From: an uncultured bacterium
GTDB taxonomy: Bacteria; Lernaellota; Lernaellaia; Lernaellales; Lernaellaceae
Assembly (NCBI GenBank): GCA_964534375.1
Contig: CAZHPN010000097.1
Coordinates: forward strand, 1-21,010
Reading direction: 5' to 3'
DNA length: 21,010 nt
Every line of letters begins with the position of its first letter. The first letter of the stretch is position 1. The notes under the pieces are model-generated. The model saw only the letters and a program-made list of their open reading frames with translations, did no database searches and had not been told where the DNA came from. This document shows positions 8,028 to 16,904 of the stretch, in pieces. The translations under genes were made by a program, and so were the position numbers.

Positions 8028-10520
8028 TTACTTTTTCTTCGTCGGCTTCTTGTTGGGGTCTTCCTTCATTTTGATGACCCCGCCTTCCATGAACAGCCCC
8101 GCGAATGGGCTGTCATGGCGCGGCTTCGGCTGCGGCCTGACCGGCGGCCGGTCGTCGCGGCGGTCCGGACGGCGATCCGGCCGATCGTCGCGGGGCCGGT
8201 CGGGCCGGGGACGGTCGTCGCGCGGGCCGGTGTACGCCGGGCGCTCCGGGCGCGGCCGGTCGTCACGCGGGCCGGTGTACGCCGGGCGTTCGGGGCGCGG
8301 CCGGTCGTCGCGCGGGCGATCCTGCGGCGGCCGGGGCGGACGCGGCGGCGGTTCGGGGCGTTTCGGCGCCGGCGAAAGTTGCTTGATCGACAGCGAAATG
8401 CGTTTTCGTTCGCGATCGACGCCGATCACCTTCACGCGGACGTGCTCGCCGACGGCGACGATCTTGCCCGCGTCTTCGACGTAGTTCCACGCCAGTTCCG
8501 ACATGTGCACCAGACCCGGCTGGTGCACGCCGACATCCACGAAGGCGCCGAAATCGGTGATGTTCGCGACTACCCCCTCGAGCGTCATGCCCTCTTGCAG
8601 GTGCGCGATTTCGGTGACGCTCGGATCGAAATGAATCGGCTCGAACTTGTCGCGCGGGTCGCGGCCGGGCCGGGCCAATTCCGCGAGGATGTCTTTCAGC
8701 GTCGGCAGGCCGATTTCGTCGCCGACGTACTTTTCGAGGTCAATCCGCCCGCGCAACTCGGCGTCGGCGAGCAGCGCGGACACGCTGGCTTCCAGGTCGG
8801 CGGCCATGCGCGCGACCAGTTCGTAGCGCTCCGGATGCACCGCCGACGCGTCGAGCGGCTGGTCGCCGCCGCGGATGCGCAGGAAGCCCGCGGCCTGCTG
8901 GAAGGTCTTCGGGCCGACGCCGGCGACTTGCAGGAACTGTTGCCGGTCGGTGAACCGGCCGCTCTTGGCGCGGTGGCGGACGATCGCTTGCGCCTGTCCG
9001 GCGTTGAGGCCGGAGACATACGACAGCAACTGCGGGCTGGCCGTGTTCACGTCGACGCCGACCGCGTTGACGCAGCTTTGCACCACTTCGTCCAGCTTCA
9101 TCTTCAGGTCGTCCTGATCGACATCATGCTGGTACTGGCCGACGCCGATCGAGCGCGGCTCAATTTTCACGAGTTCCGCCAGCGGATCCTGCAAGCGGCG
9201 GCCGATGCTGATCGCGCCGCGCATGCTGACGTCGAGGTCGGGAAATTCCTGCCGGGCGAGGTCGCTGGCCGAATAAACGCTGGCCCCGGCTTCGTTGACC
9301 AGCACCACCGTCGCGTCGTTCAGCGTTTCGCGGTCGAAGCCGCGGAAGAATGCCTCGGTGTCGCGGCCGCCGGTGCCGTTGCCGACGGCGATCGCCTGAA
9401 TCTGGTACCGGCGGCAATAGTTTTCCACCGTGGTCCGCGCCTCGGCCGCTTTCTCCGGGCCGCGTTGGTGGTCGATCACCGTCGAGGCGAGCAGGTCGCC
9501 CTTGCCGTCGAGCGCGGCGATCTTGCAACCGGTGCGAATGCCCGGGTCGACGCCGAGCACCCATTTCGCCCCGAGCGGCGGGGCCATCAGCAGGCGGCGC
9601 ATGTTCTTGGCGAAAACCGTGATGGCTTCGCGGTCGGCGCGTTTGCGCAATTCGTTGCGCGCCTGGCCCTCGATCGCCGGGGCCAGGAGGCGGTCGTAGC
9701 CGTCTTCGATCGCCGCCAAGAGATGCTCGGCAAACGGTCCGCCGTCGCCGCGCACGACCGCCCGCTTGATCAGCGCCAGCGTTTTGTCGCGGTCGACCTG
9801 AATGCGGTAGGTGAGGAAGCCTTCGGATTCGCCGCGCCGGATCGCCAGCATGCGGTGGCTCGGAATATTCTTCGCCGGCTCGGAGAAACTGAAGTAGTCG
9901 CGGAACTTCGCCCCGTCCTTCTCGCGGCCCGGCTTCACCTTCGACGCCACGACGCCGGCGGTCAGATAATGCTCGCGCACGGCGGCGCGGGCGTCGGCGT
10001 TTTCCGCCGCCCACTCGGCGACGATGTCGCGGGCGCCCTGCCACGCGGCCGCTTCGTCGGGCACGCCCTTCTCGGCGTTGACGAACGGCGCGGCGGCCTG
10101 CGTCGGGTCGCCGGCCGGCGGCTCCTGCTTCCAAATCAATTCCGCCAGCGGCTCCAGTCCCTTGGCGACGGCCTCGGTGGCGCGGGTTTTGCGCTTGGGT
10201 TTGAACGGCAGGTAGAGGTCTTCCAAGCGCGCGGCGTCGGTCAGCGCGACGATCTTCTCGCGCAGCTCGTCGGTCAGTTTTCCTTGTTGCTCGATGCTTT
10301 TAAGGATAGTCTGCTTGCGTTCGTCGAGTTTGTGCAGGTATTCGAAGCGGTCGCGAATCGTCGCGATCTGCACTTCATCCAGGTTGCCGGTGGCTTCTTT
10401 GCGGTACCGGGCGATGAACGGAATGGTCGCTTCGTCGGCCAGCAGCTCGAGGGTGCGAGCCACCCCGGACGGCGGCAGCCCGAGTTCCGCGGCGATGTCG
10501 GCGGCGTAGTTGGCGGTCAA
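8028..10520 (-). CDS. tex: Tex / YhgF RNA-binding transcriptional accessory protein with S1 domain and repetitive C-terminal tail, ~830 aa
   Basis: ATIPFIARYRKEATGNLDE, EDLYLPFKPK, GVDPGIRTGCK, EAGASVYSAS, RRLQDPLAELVKI, GVGQYQHDV, S1 (DFGAFVDVGVHQPGLVHMSE). TTG start at 10520 with GGAG upstream. Confidence 0.95.
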   Translation of the reverse strand: MTANYAADIAAELGLPPSGVARTLELLADEATIPFIARYRKEATGNLDEVQIATIRDRFEYLHKLDERKQTILKSIEQQGKLTDELREKIVALTDAARLEDLYLPFKPKRKTRATEAVAKGLEPLAELIWKQEPPAGDPTQAAAPFVNAEKGVPDEAAAWQGARDIVAEWAAENADARAAVREHYLTAGVVASKVKPGREKDGAKFRDYFSFSEPAKNIPSHRMLAIRRGESEGFLTYRIQVDRDKTLALIKRAVVRGDGGPFAEHLLAAIEDGYDRLLAPAIEGQARNELRKRADREAITVFAKNMRRLLMAPPLGAKWVLGVDPGIRTGCKIAALDGKGDLLASTVIDHQRGPEKAAEARTTVENYCRRYQIQAIAVGNGTGGRDTEAFFRGFDRETLNDATVVLVNEAGASVYSASDLARQEFPDLDVSMRGAISIGRRLQDPLAELVKIEPRSIGVGQYQHDVDQDDLKMKLDEVVQSCVNAVGVDVNTASPQLLSYVSGLNAGQAQAIVRHRAKSGRFTDRQQFLQVAGVGPKTFQQAAGFLRIRGGDQPLDASAVHPERYELVARMAADLEASVSALLADAELRGRIDLEKYVGDEIGLPTLKDILAELARPGRDPRDKFEPIHFDPSVTEIAHLQEGMTLEGVVANITDFGAFVDVGVHQPGLVHMSELAWNYVEDAGKIVAVGEHVRVKVIGVDRERKRISLSIKQLSPAPKRPEPPPRPPRPPQDRPRDDRPRPERPAYTGPRDDRPRPERPAYTGPRDDRPRPDRPRDDRPDRRPDRRDDRPPVRPQPKPRHDSPFAGLFMEGGVIKMKEDPNKKPTKKK
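8212..8317 (-). repeat. In-frame 45-bp tandem repeat (about 2.3 copies) encoding PRDDRPRPERPAYTG in the Tex tail
   Basis: Units at 8212-8256, 8257-8301 and partial 8302-8317. The differences are synonymous. Confidence 0.9.
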
Positions 10521-10549
10521 TGGACGCTCCCGTGGCGAATCAGCCGTTG

Positions 10550-10577
10550 ATAGTGGCAAAATATGAGCCCCTGTCAA
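10550..10577 (-). promoter_or_regulatory. Putative sigma70 promoter for tex
   Basis: Minus strand TTGACA-16 nt-CACTAT, about 30 nt upstream of the TTG start. Confidence 0.4.
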
Positions 10578-10627
10578 GGCGCGGCGCCGTGCGGGTTCGC
10601 GCCCGGATTGACAAAACGGAGACGCTG

Positions 10628-10969
10628 ATGAACGAAAAGACGTGGTTCGAGAATCTGCCGGCGGCCGTGACGGTGACCGACGCCGAAGGCGTGATCGTCG
10701 CGATGAACGAATGCGCCGTGGCGACCTTCGCCAAGTACGGCGGCCAAGAGCTGGTTGGTCGCAACCTGCTGGACGTCCATTCGCCGGCCTCGCGGGAGAA
10801 GGTCGCGGCGCTATTTCGCGACCGCCGACCCAACACCTACGCGATCGACAAGAACGGCGTGCGCAAGATCATCCACCAGACGCCGTGGTTCGAGAACGGC
10901 GAGTTCCGCGGTCTGGCCGAGATTTCGTTTGCGATTCCGGCGGACCTGCCGGTGCAGAAGCGGGAGTGA
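10628..10969 (+). CDS. Stand-alone PAS domain protein, 113 aa
   Basis: LPAAVTVTDAEGVIVAMNE, ELVGRNLLDVH, PWFENGEFRGLAEIS. GGAG RBS upstream of the ATG at 10628. Confidence 0.85.
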   Translation: MNEKTWFENLPAAVTVTDAEGVIVAMNECAVATFAKYGGQELVGRNLLDVHSPASREKVAALFRDRRPNTYAIDKNGVRKIIHQTPWFENGEFRGLAEISFAIPADLPVQKRE

Positions 10970-11051
10970 CGGCGGGCCGGCGAACCGCTAGACTTGCAGG
11001 CATCAATTACGGTTAGCGCTCGCGACTCGCTGAACAAGGGGGCGACGAGAA

Positions 11052-12155
11052 ATGATCAGGAGACTGTACGTCAACAACTTTCGTTGTTTGGTGAACTTCG
11101 AGTTGCGTCTGCCGCCGCTGTGCCTGATCGCCGGCCCGAATGGTTCGGGCAAATCGTCGGTGATCGACGTGCTGTTTCTCTTGCGTCGTTTCATCGCGGG
11201 CGAAGAGGGAACAGAAAATTCGTTCGAACATAAAGAAAAAACCGACTGGATAGATTCCAACAACCAGGGCTTTGAACTCGAAGTCGAAGCCGATTCGGGA
11301 GTCTATCTTTATAAATTGGTCATTGAATTTGATGCGGAGAAGCAGCCGTCCGTTACGACGGAAACGCTCGATTTCAACCGACGGCCATTGTTTTTGTTGG
11401 GTACGGAAAACCCCGCCGTCCTCTATCGCGAGGACGGATCCGAGTTTTCTTTTCCGGTTGACCGGCGTCGGTCCGGAGTCGCGTCCGCGGCGAATATGCC
11501 GGACGCAGGACCATTGGCGTCGTTTAGAAAACATATTGAGAACACGATCGCCGTCGGATTCGATCCCTTTGACATCCGTTCGGACGACCACTGGGACAAA
11601 GCGCCGATGCGCCTCATGCAGAATTTCGCGCGGGTGTACCGATCTTTCTTGCAGGAAAATCCCACCGGCGCCTTCGAGGCCACCAGGGAACTCCGGAAAG
11701 TGGTCGAAGATTTCGATACCTTTCGTTTGGCGCCGCATGGCGGAGATTTCAACCTTCTTCACGTCGTTTTCAAGAACACGGCATCGCGAGGGAAGCGCAT
11801 TGAGATCCCATTCCACCGGCTTTCCGAGGGCCAAAAAATGCTCTGTGTTCTGTACACGCTGTTGTACGGTTCGCGGGGCGCCGATCGTTCGCTGTTTCTC
11901 GACGAACCGGATAATTTTCTGGCCTTGCGGGAGATTCAACCTTGGTTGGTCCAGGCGGCCGATTTTGCGGGCAGCGAGATTCCGCAAATTGTCCTCGTTT
12001 CCCACCACCCCGAAATAATTGATTACCTCGGCGAGTCGAAACTGCGGATGTTGACGCGGAAAAGAAACGGCTCCATTCGTGTAAAGACGGAGTTTGATTT
12101 CGGCGGTTCGCCGTTAAAGCTGTCGGAGATCGTCGCTCGGGGCTGGGACGAATGA
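11052..12155 (+). CDS. ABC-class soluble ATPase (AAA_21/AAA_15-like), 367 aa
   Basis: IRRLYVNNFRC start, Walker A GPNGSGKS, signature LSEGQ, Walker B LFLDEPD, H-loop VSHHP. No TM segments. Confidence 0.9.
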   Translation: MIRRLYVNNFRCLVNFELRLPPLCLIAGPNGSGKSSVIDVLFLLRRFIAGEEGTENSFEHKEKTDWIDSNNQGFELEVEADSGVYLYKLVIEFDAEKQPSVTTETLDFNRRPLFLLGTENPAVLYREDGSEFSFPVDRRRSGVASAANMPDAGPLASFRKHIENTIAVGFDPFDIRSDDHWDKAPMRLMQNFARVYRSFLQENPTGAFEATRELRKVVEDFDTFRLAPHGGDFNLLHVVFKNTASRGKRIEIPFHRLSEGQKMLCVLYTLLYGSRGADRSLFLDEPDNFLALREIQPWLVQAADFAGSEIPQIVLVSHHPEIIDYLGESKLRMLTRKRNGSIRVKTEFDFGGSPLKLSEIVARGWDE

Positions 12156-12697
12156 CGCCCCGCAGCGCGAAAGTGGTGATTCTTTGCGAGGACGATCAAC
12201 AAGAAGCGTTTATTCGCCAGTTTTTGAAAGTCTGGGCGCGGAATTGGGAGCCGATACGAACGAACAAAAACCGCTCGCCCGGCGGGTCCGGCGAGCAATG
12301 GGTTCGAGAACAATTCCCCGCCGAATTGCAGGCCCATCGATCGCGGGAGAAAAGAGGCCGCTCGGTGCTGATCGTTATGACCGATGCGGACAAGTTCAAG
12401 GTTTCCCAACGCGCCAAACAACTTCTGAAAGAGTGCGAGAAAACCGCCGTCGACGCGCCTCGGGAAAACGAAGCGGTCGTGATTGCGATTCCAAAATGGA
12501 GCGTGGAAACGTGGCTCCGCTATCTCGACGGACAGGAATTTGACGAGAACAAACAGACTGCCCCTCATTATTCGTTGGTCGCGAGCAAGAAACCCGCGCG
12601 ATCGCTTGCCGCGATGTGCAAGAGCAACAAGTTGCGAGCACCGGCTCCGAAATCGCTTGAACTTGTGTGCGACGGCTTCAAGACGCTTTTCAAGTGA
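12152..12697 (+). CDS. TOPRIM-like (DUF4276/RloB-like) partner protein of the ATPase, 181 aa
   Basis: ATGA overlap with the ATPase. VVILCED..E (first-strand Glu), IVMTDAD (DxD) and IP..SVETWL motifs. Confidence 0.7.
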   Translation: MTPRSAKVVILCEDDQQEAFIRQFLKVWARNWEPIRTNKNRSPGGSGEQWVREQFPAELQAHRSREKRGRSVLIVMTDADKFKVSQRAKQLLKECEKTAVDAPRENEAVVIAIPKWSVETWLRYLDGQEFDENKQTAPHYSLVASKKPARSLAAMCKSNKLRAPAPKSLELVCDGFKTLFK

Positions 12698-12739
12698 CGC
12701 GCGGGAACGCCAAGCCGTGCGGCCGCCGCGCCCGCGCCA

Positions 12740-12768
12740 TTGACCCGCCGGGCGATTCGAGATACAAG
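12740..12768 (+). promoter_or_regulatory. Putative promoter for purF
   Basis: TTGACC-17 nt-TACAAG, about 105 nt upstream of the start codon. Confidence 0.35.
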
Positions 12769-12875
12769 ACTTCCGGTTAGAAAACGGCGCGTCGCCCGAC
12801 GGGAACGCGGATGCGGGCCCCAAGCCTTCGGCGGCCGAGAATCAACGCCAATCGCCAGGACAGGAACAAACAAAG

Positions 12876-14357
12876 ATGTGCGGCATTTTCGGTTTGATCG
12901 GCAAGGAACCCGTGGCGGCGCGTTTGATCGCCGGCGCCGGGCGGCTGCAAAATCGCGGCCATCGCAGCACCAAAGTCTTCACCTTCGATGGCAAGTTCTT
13001 CTATAACCACGGCGGGCTGGCCCCGGCGACGATCCTCTTCGACGGCTACGATCCGACGTTGCTGCGCGGCGACAGCGGCATCGTGCACACGCGCTATGCG
13101 ACCTCCGGCAAGACGACCGAAGAGTGGCTGTGGCGCAACATCCAGCCGGTGTTCACCGACCGTCCGGGCATGGCGACCTGCAACAACGGCGACTTGGTCA
13201 ACCTGTACAGCGCCACCCAAAAAATGAAGGACAAGGGCTTCTCGTTCCAGACCGAAGTTGACGCCAAGGTGATCCAGGATTTGATCATTCATCACTTGAT
13301 CCAGGCCAAGGCGTATCAGGTCGCGAAACGGCCGCAACTGTGGCTCAACCACCTGCGCAAGGCGCTGGAATACACGACGAGCGAGTTGATCGGCGCCTAC
13401 AGCGTTCTGTGCCTGATGGAAAACGGCCTGCTCGCGTTTCGCGATCCGAACGGCATCCGCCCGTTGTGCACGGCCCGGCGCTACGGCCCCGACGGCCAGA
13501 CGATCGAGGTCGGCTTCGCCAGCGAATCGAGCGTCTTCAATTATTTCGGCGATTACCGCGACATCCGCGACGTCGCGCCGGGCGAGGCCGTCTGGGTCGA
13601 TCGCGAGTGGCTGACCCCGATGTCCGAGACTATTCCGGCGAAGCGCGAGGCGTTTTGTTTCTTCGAGTATGTCTATTTCGCGCGGCCGGATTCGAGCTTC
13701 AAAGGCCAGCGCGTTGAGGTCGTGCGCTCGGAACTGGGCGCCGTGCTGGCGCAGGAGTGCGAAGACCTGGCGCCGGAGATCGATGTGGTGTGCGGCCTGC
13801 CCGGCACCAGCATCTCGGCCGGCCAGACGTTCGCTCACATCCTGCAGAAGCAATATCGCAACGCGATCATCAAAGTCGACAACCGGCGCAGCTTCCAGGA
13901 AACGTCGGACGAAAAGCGCCAAAAGGCGATCGACGAAAAGTTCATTTTCCTGCGGGATTTCATCGACGGGCAGCGCATCGCGATCATCGACGATTCGAAC
14001 GTCCGCGGCACCACCGGCAAGAAAATCGTCCGCCGCTTGTGGGATCTGGGCGCCAAGGCGGTCCACATGCTGTATTACTCGCCGCCGATTATCGGCCCAT
14101 GCTTCTACGGCATCGACACGCCCGACGAGACCAAGCTCATCGCCTTCGGCAAGGAACAGGAAGAGATCCGCGCCGAAATGGGCTGCACGACGGTCCGATA
14201 TATCAGCCACAACGGCCTGTATCGCGGCCTGGGCCTGCCCGAAGGCGAGTTGTGCACCGCGTGCATCACGCGGGACTATCCGACCGACACCACGGAAATC
14301 ATGTCGCGGACCGAGTTGCGGCGGCAGGAGCGCCTGGCCTCCGACGGCGTCGTCTGA
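12876..14357 (+). CDS. purF: Amidophosphoribosyltransferase (divergent, 4Fe-4S type), 493 aa
   Basis: N-terminal MCGIFG nucleophile, HTRYATSG, NIQP, RDPNGIRPL, CFFEYVYFARPDS, DDSNVRGTT, SPP..GPCFYGIDTP, CTAC. Confidence 0.88.
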   Translation: MCGIFGLIGKEPVAARLIAGAGRLQNRGHRSTKVFTFDGKFFYNHGGLAPATILFDGYDPTLLRGDSGIVHTRYATSGKTTEEWLWRNIQPVFTDRPGMATCNNGDLVNLYSATQKMKDKGFSFQTEVDAKVIQDLIIHHLIQAKAYQVAKRPQLWLNHLRKALEYTTSELIGAYSVLCLMENGLLAFRDPNGIRPLCTARRYGPDGQTIEVGFASESSVFNYFGDYRDIRDVAPGEAVWVDREWLTPMSETIPAKREAFCFFEYVYFARPDSSFKGQRVEVVRSELGAVLAQECEDLAPEIDVVCGLPGTSISAGQTFAHILQKQYRNAIIKVDNRRSFQETSDEKRQKAIDEKFIFLRDFIDGQRIAIIDDSNVRGTTGKKIVRRLWDLGAKAVHMLYYSPPIIGPCFYGIDTPDETKLIAFGKEQEEIRAEMGCTTVRYISHNGLYRGLGLPEGELCTACITRDYPTDTTEIMSRTELRRQERLASDGVV

Positions 14358-14386
14358 TCGCCGCGCCCGTCCGCAGGAGGTGGACG

Positions 14387-15034
14387 ATGATTCCGAATCT
14401 CAACGGCATCAAGGCCAAGGTGAACGAAATCTACGCGGCGGTCGAGGACAAGGTCCGCGACGAAATCGACGCCGACCGCAATGAGCAGGCGCCCGTCCGG
14501 CGCGTCATCCTCGCCTATAGCGGCGCGGCGGCCGCGGTGGCCGCCAACCCCCTGCCGTTCGCCGAATTCGCGATGTTGACGCCGGTGCACGTGGCCATGG
14601 TGCTGCACATCGGCCACCGCCTCGGCCACCCAATCACCGTCGATCGCGCCGGCGAGGTGTTCAAGCGGATCGTCGCCGCGGTCGGCCTCTCGGCGGCGGT
14701 GCGATTCACGGCGGGCGCGCTGTTGAAGGTCGGTCTGCCGTTTGTCGGCGGCCTGTTGCGGGCGCCCGTGGCGTTCGCCTTCACCTACGGCTTGGGGCGC
14801 GTCGCGGAAGACTACTTCATCAGCGTCAATCAGGGGTTCAATTTCGACGCCAAAACGGCGCGCGCCGTGTTCGAGCAGGCCGTCCGCGAGGGCCGCGTCG
14901 CCGGCGCGTACGCCGACCTGCTCGAGACGAAACCGGCGGCGAAAAAGTCGGAGCCGAAAACCGCCGCGAAGAAACCGGCTCGGCCGCGGGCGACCAAAGG
15001 CGGCAAGAAATCGCAGGGGCCGTCGCGCGTTTAG
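14387..15034 (+). CDS. DUF697/YcjF-like protein with Lys/Ala/Pro-rich tail, 215 aa
   Basis: AGGAGGT RBS. AAAAVAANPLPFAEFAMLTPVHVAMV..IG, LPFVGG, AFTYGLG...EDYF pattern. Confidence 0.75.
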   Translation: MIPNLNGIKAKVNEIYAAVEDKVRDEIDADRNEQAPVRRVILAYSGAAAAVAANPLPFAEFAMLTPVHVAMVLHIGHRLGHPITVDRAGEVFKRIVAAVGLSAAVRFTAGALLKVGLPFVGGLLRAPVAFAFTYGLGRVAEDYFISVNQGFNFDAKTARAVFEQAVREGRVAGAYADLLETKPAAKKSEPKTAAKKPARPRATKGGKKSQGPSRV

Positions 15035-16716
15035 CGACCGGCGCGGGCCTGAAACACGGCAATCGTCTCGTGCGACGGCAGCGCCACGGCCTGCCAGATC
15101 GGCTCCAGCGTCATCCCGTCATTCGGTGAAACGTCGTCGTCGACCGTCATGAAAAACGCGCAGCCGTCGGCCGCGAGCGCCTGTTCGACCGCCGCCGGCG
15201 GGTCTTCGGCGGGCTCGATTTTCACGTTGGGGACCAGGCCTTCCAGCATCTTCTTGAAGTACCCCCGCGGGCGGTAGTCGAGGAAGGGCGAGGCGAGCGG
15301 ATAAATCATTTTGCAGCCGCCGGGCGGCGCGCGGCGCGCGAGCCGGTCGGCCGCCGCGTACGCCAGCGTTTGATCGTTCGAAAAGGACGGCAGCGCCGGA
15401 AACGGATTGTACCGGCATTCGAGGTCGTGGCGGCCCCGGCATTCGTCGTTGGCGTGCACCGGCTGCGGCCGCAACAGCGCCGCCGGCAGCACGGCGAACC
15501 CCCACGACAACTGGAGCGCTTGCGCCGCGCCGAAGACGATCATCGCGGCGCTCGCCGCCGCGCGACCCGCGCGGCCGAATGGCAGCCGGGCGACGGCCGC
15601 CGCGACGATGAGCGCCAGCGGCGCGAGCAGCGGCGTAACGTAATAGTCGTTCTTCGGATTGACGGCCGTCAGCAGCGCGAACGAGCCGAAAAACCAGGCG
15701 GCGAGTTCGCCGCGCAGCGGCGGCGCGGCGTCGCCGCGTTTCGCAAAAAACAAAGCCAGCGAGCCGAGAACGACGAGAAAAAACACCGGCGAAAGCTGAT
15801 AAAAAACGGCGTGCCCGTAATACGTCAGACACGGCCAACTCCAGCGCGACGGGCACGACGAAAGTTCGACGTACGACTGCCCGCCGGCGCGCAGAAAGCC
15901 GCCGAGTTCGCGCAGCGACGCCAGCCACCAACTGGCGGAAACCAGGGCGGCCGTCGCGGCAATGACCGCGAAATTCGCCGCGGTCCGGACGCGCCGTTCG
16001 TCCTCCACCGTGCGCCACGTTCGGTAGAAAGAGAACGCGAACGGAACCGCCAGATAAAAGACGATTTTGGGGTTCGCCAGAATGCCGGCGCCGCATGCGA
16101 CGCCGAGCAGCAACGCGCCGGCGGTCGATTCGAGCCGCTTGTTCCGCAGCAGCAAATGCAGGCAGAGCGCCGACATGCCGACCGCCGCGTAGTGGTGGCC
16201 GAAGTTGCGGGACAGGCCGTCGACGCCCGGCCAGAGGCCGACCAGGCACGCTGCGAGGAAGCCGTACGCCGGCCCGCTCATCCGGCGGCCGAGCCAAAAT
16301 GTCGAAAACAACAGCAGGGCCGTCCAGAGGTTGTTGGCGGCCGTCAAACCCGAATATCCGTAGCCGAAAACGTGCGCCGAGAGCAGGCCGACCAACTGCG
16401 TCAGCCGCGACCAGTGAAACCATTTGTATGCGCCGATCAGCCAATACGTGCGGATCGCTTTGTCGGCCGCGGTGGCTTCGGGATCGTGCAGGATCGCGCG
16501 GAGTTCGGTCCGCAAGTGCAGCGTGCCGTCCCAATAATCGGTCTGATCGTCATAATTGGCGGATTGATAATTGGAGCCGGTCCACAACCAATTATTCGCG
16601 CCGTGGACCGCGACGAGCAGCAGAATCGCCACATGCCAGCCGACCGTCGCCAGCCGGCTTGCCGGTCGAGGCGTCGCCGCGTCGCCCGCTCGTTGTCCGA
16701 AAAACGTTGACGGCAA
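15031..16716 (-). CDS. Glycosyltransferase family 39 / ArnT-like GT-C membrane protein, 561 aa
   Basis: TM1 followed by the acidic YDDQ motif, TFWLGRRM, GxxxGxGxLxxP, NPKNDYYVTPLLAPLAL. TTG start with GAGG upstream. Confidence 0.8.
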   Translation of the reverse strand: MPSTFFGQRAGDAATPRPASRLATVGWHVAILLLVAVHGANNWLWTGSNYQSANYDDQTDYWDGTLHLRTELRAILHDPEATAADKAIRTYWLIGAYKWFHWSRLTQLVGLLSAHVFGYGYSGLTAANNLWTALLLFSTFWLGRRMSGPAYGFLAACLVGLWPGVDGLSRNFGHHYAAVGMSALCLHLLLRNKRLESTAGALLLGVACGAGILANPKIVFYLAVPFAFSFYRTWRTVEDERRVRTAANFAVIAATAALVSASWWLASLRELGGFLRAGGQSYVELSSCPSRWSWPCLTYYGHAVFYQLSPVFFLVVLGSLALFFAKRGDAAPPLRGELAAWFFGSFALLTAVNPKNDYYVTPLLAPLALIVAAAVARLPFGRAGRAAASAAMIVFGAAQALQLSWGFAVLPAALLRPQPVHANDECRGRHDLECRYNPFPALPSFSNDQTLAYAAADRLARRAPPGGCKMIYPLASPFLDYRPRGYFKKMLEGLVPNVKIEPAEDPPAAVEQALAADGCAFFMTVDDDVSPNDGMTLEPIWQAVALPSHETIAVFQARAGR

Positions 16717-16904
16717 TGGATTCGACCTCGCCTGCCCGAGACGCCGACCACTCTAGTCGATCTTGCCCGGCGTCGCCAAGGGCAACGGCGGTGGAAGGAA
16801 ATTCGAACTTGAACACAGAGGGCGCAGAGGAAGACACAGCGAGCACAGAGAAGACGGGCGGGAAACCACTTGAAAATCCCTGTGGCCTCGGTGTCTTCCT
16901 CTGT

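Noticed and set aside
8115..10550. 811-aa plus-strand ORF, and similar long ORFs at 809-2401, 5594-7012, 12777-14210 and 15370-16710
   Set aside because: These are antisense shadows of well-supported genes in high-GC DNA, with no recognisable motifs.
13757..14386. 5' extension of the DUF697-like ORF
   Set aside because: It is an out-of-frame overlap with purF. A strong AGGAGGT RBS supports ATG 14387.
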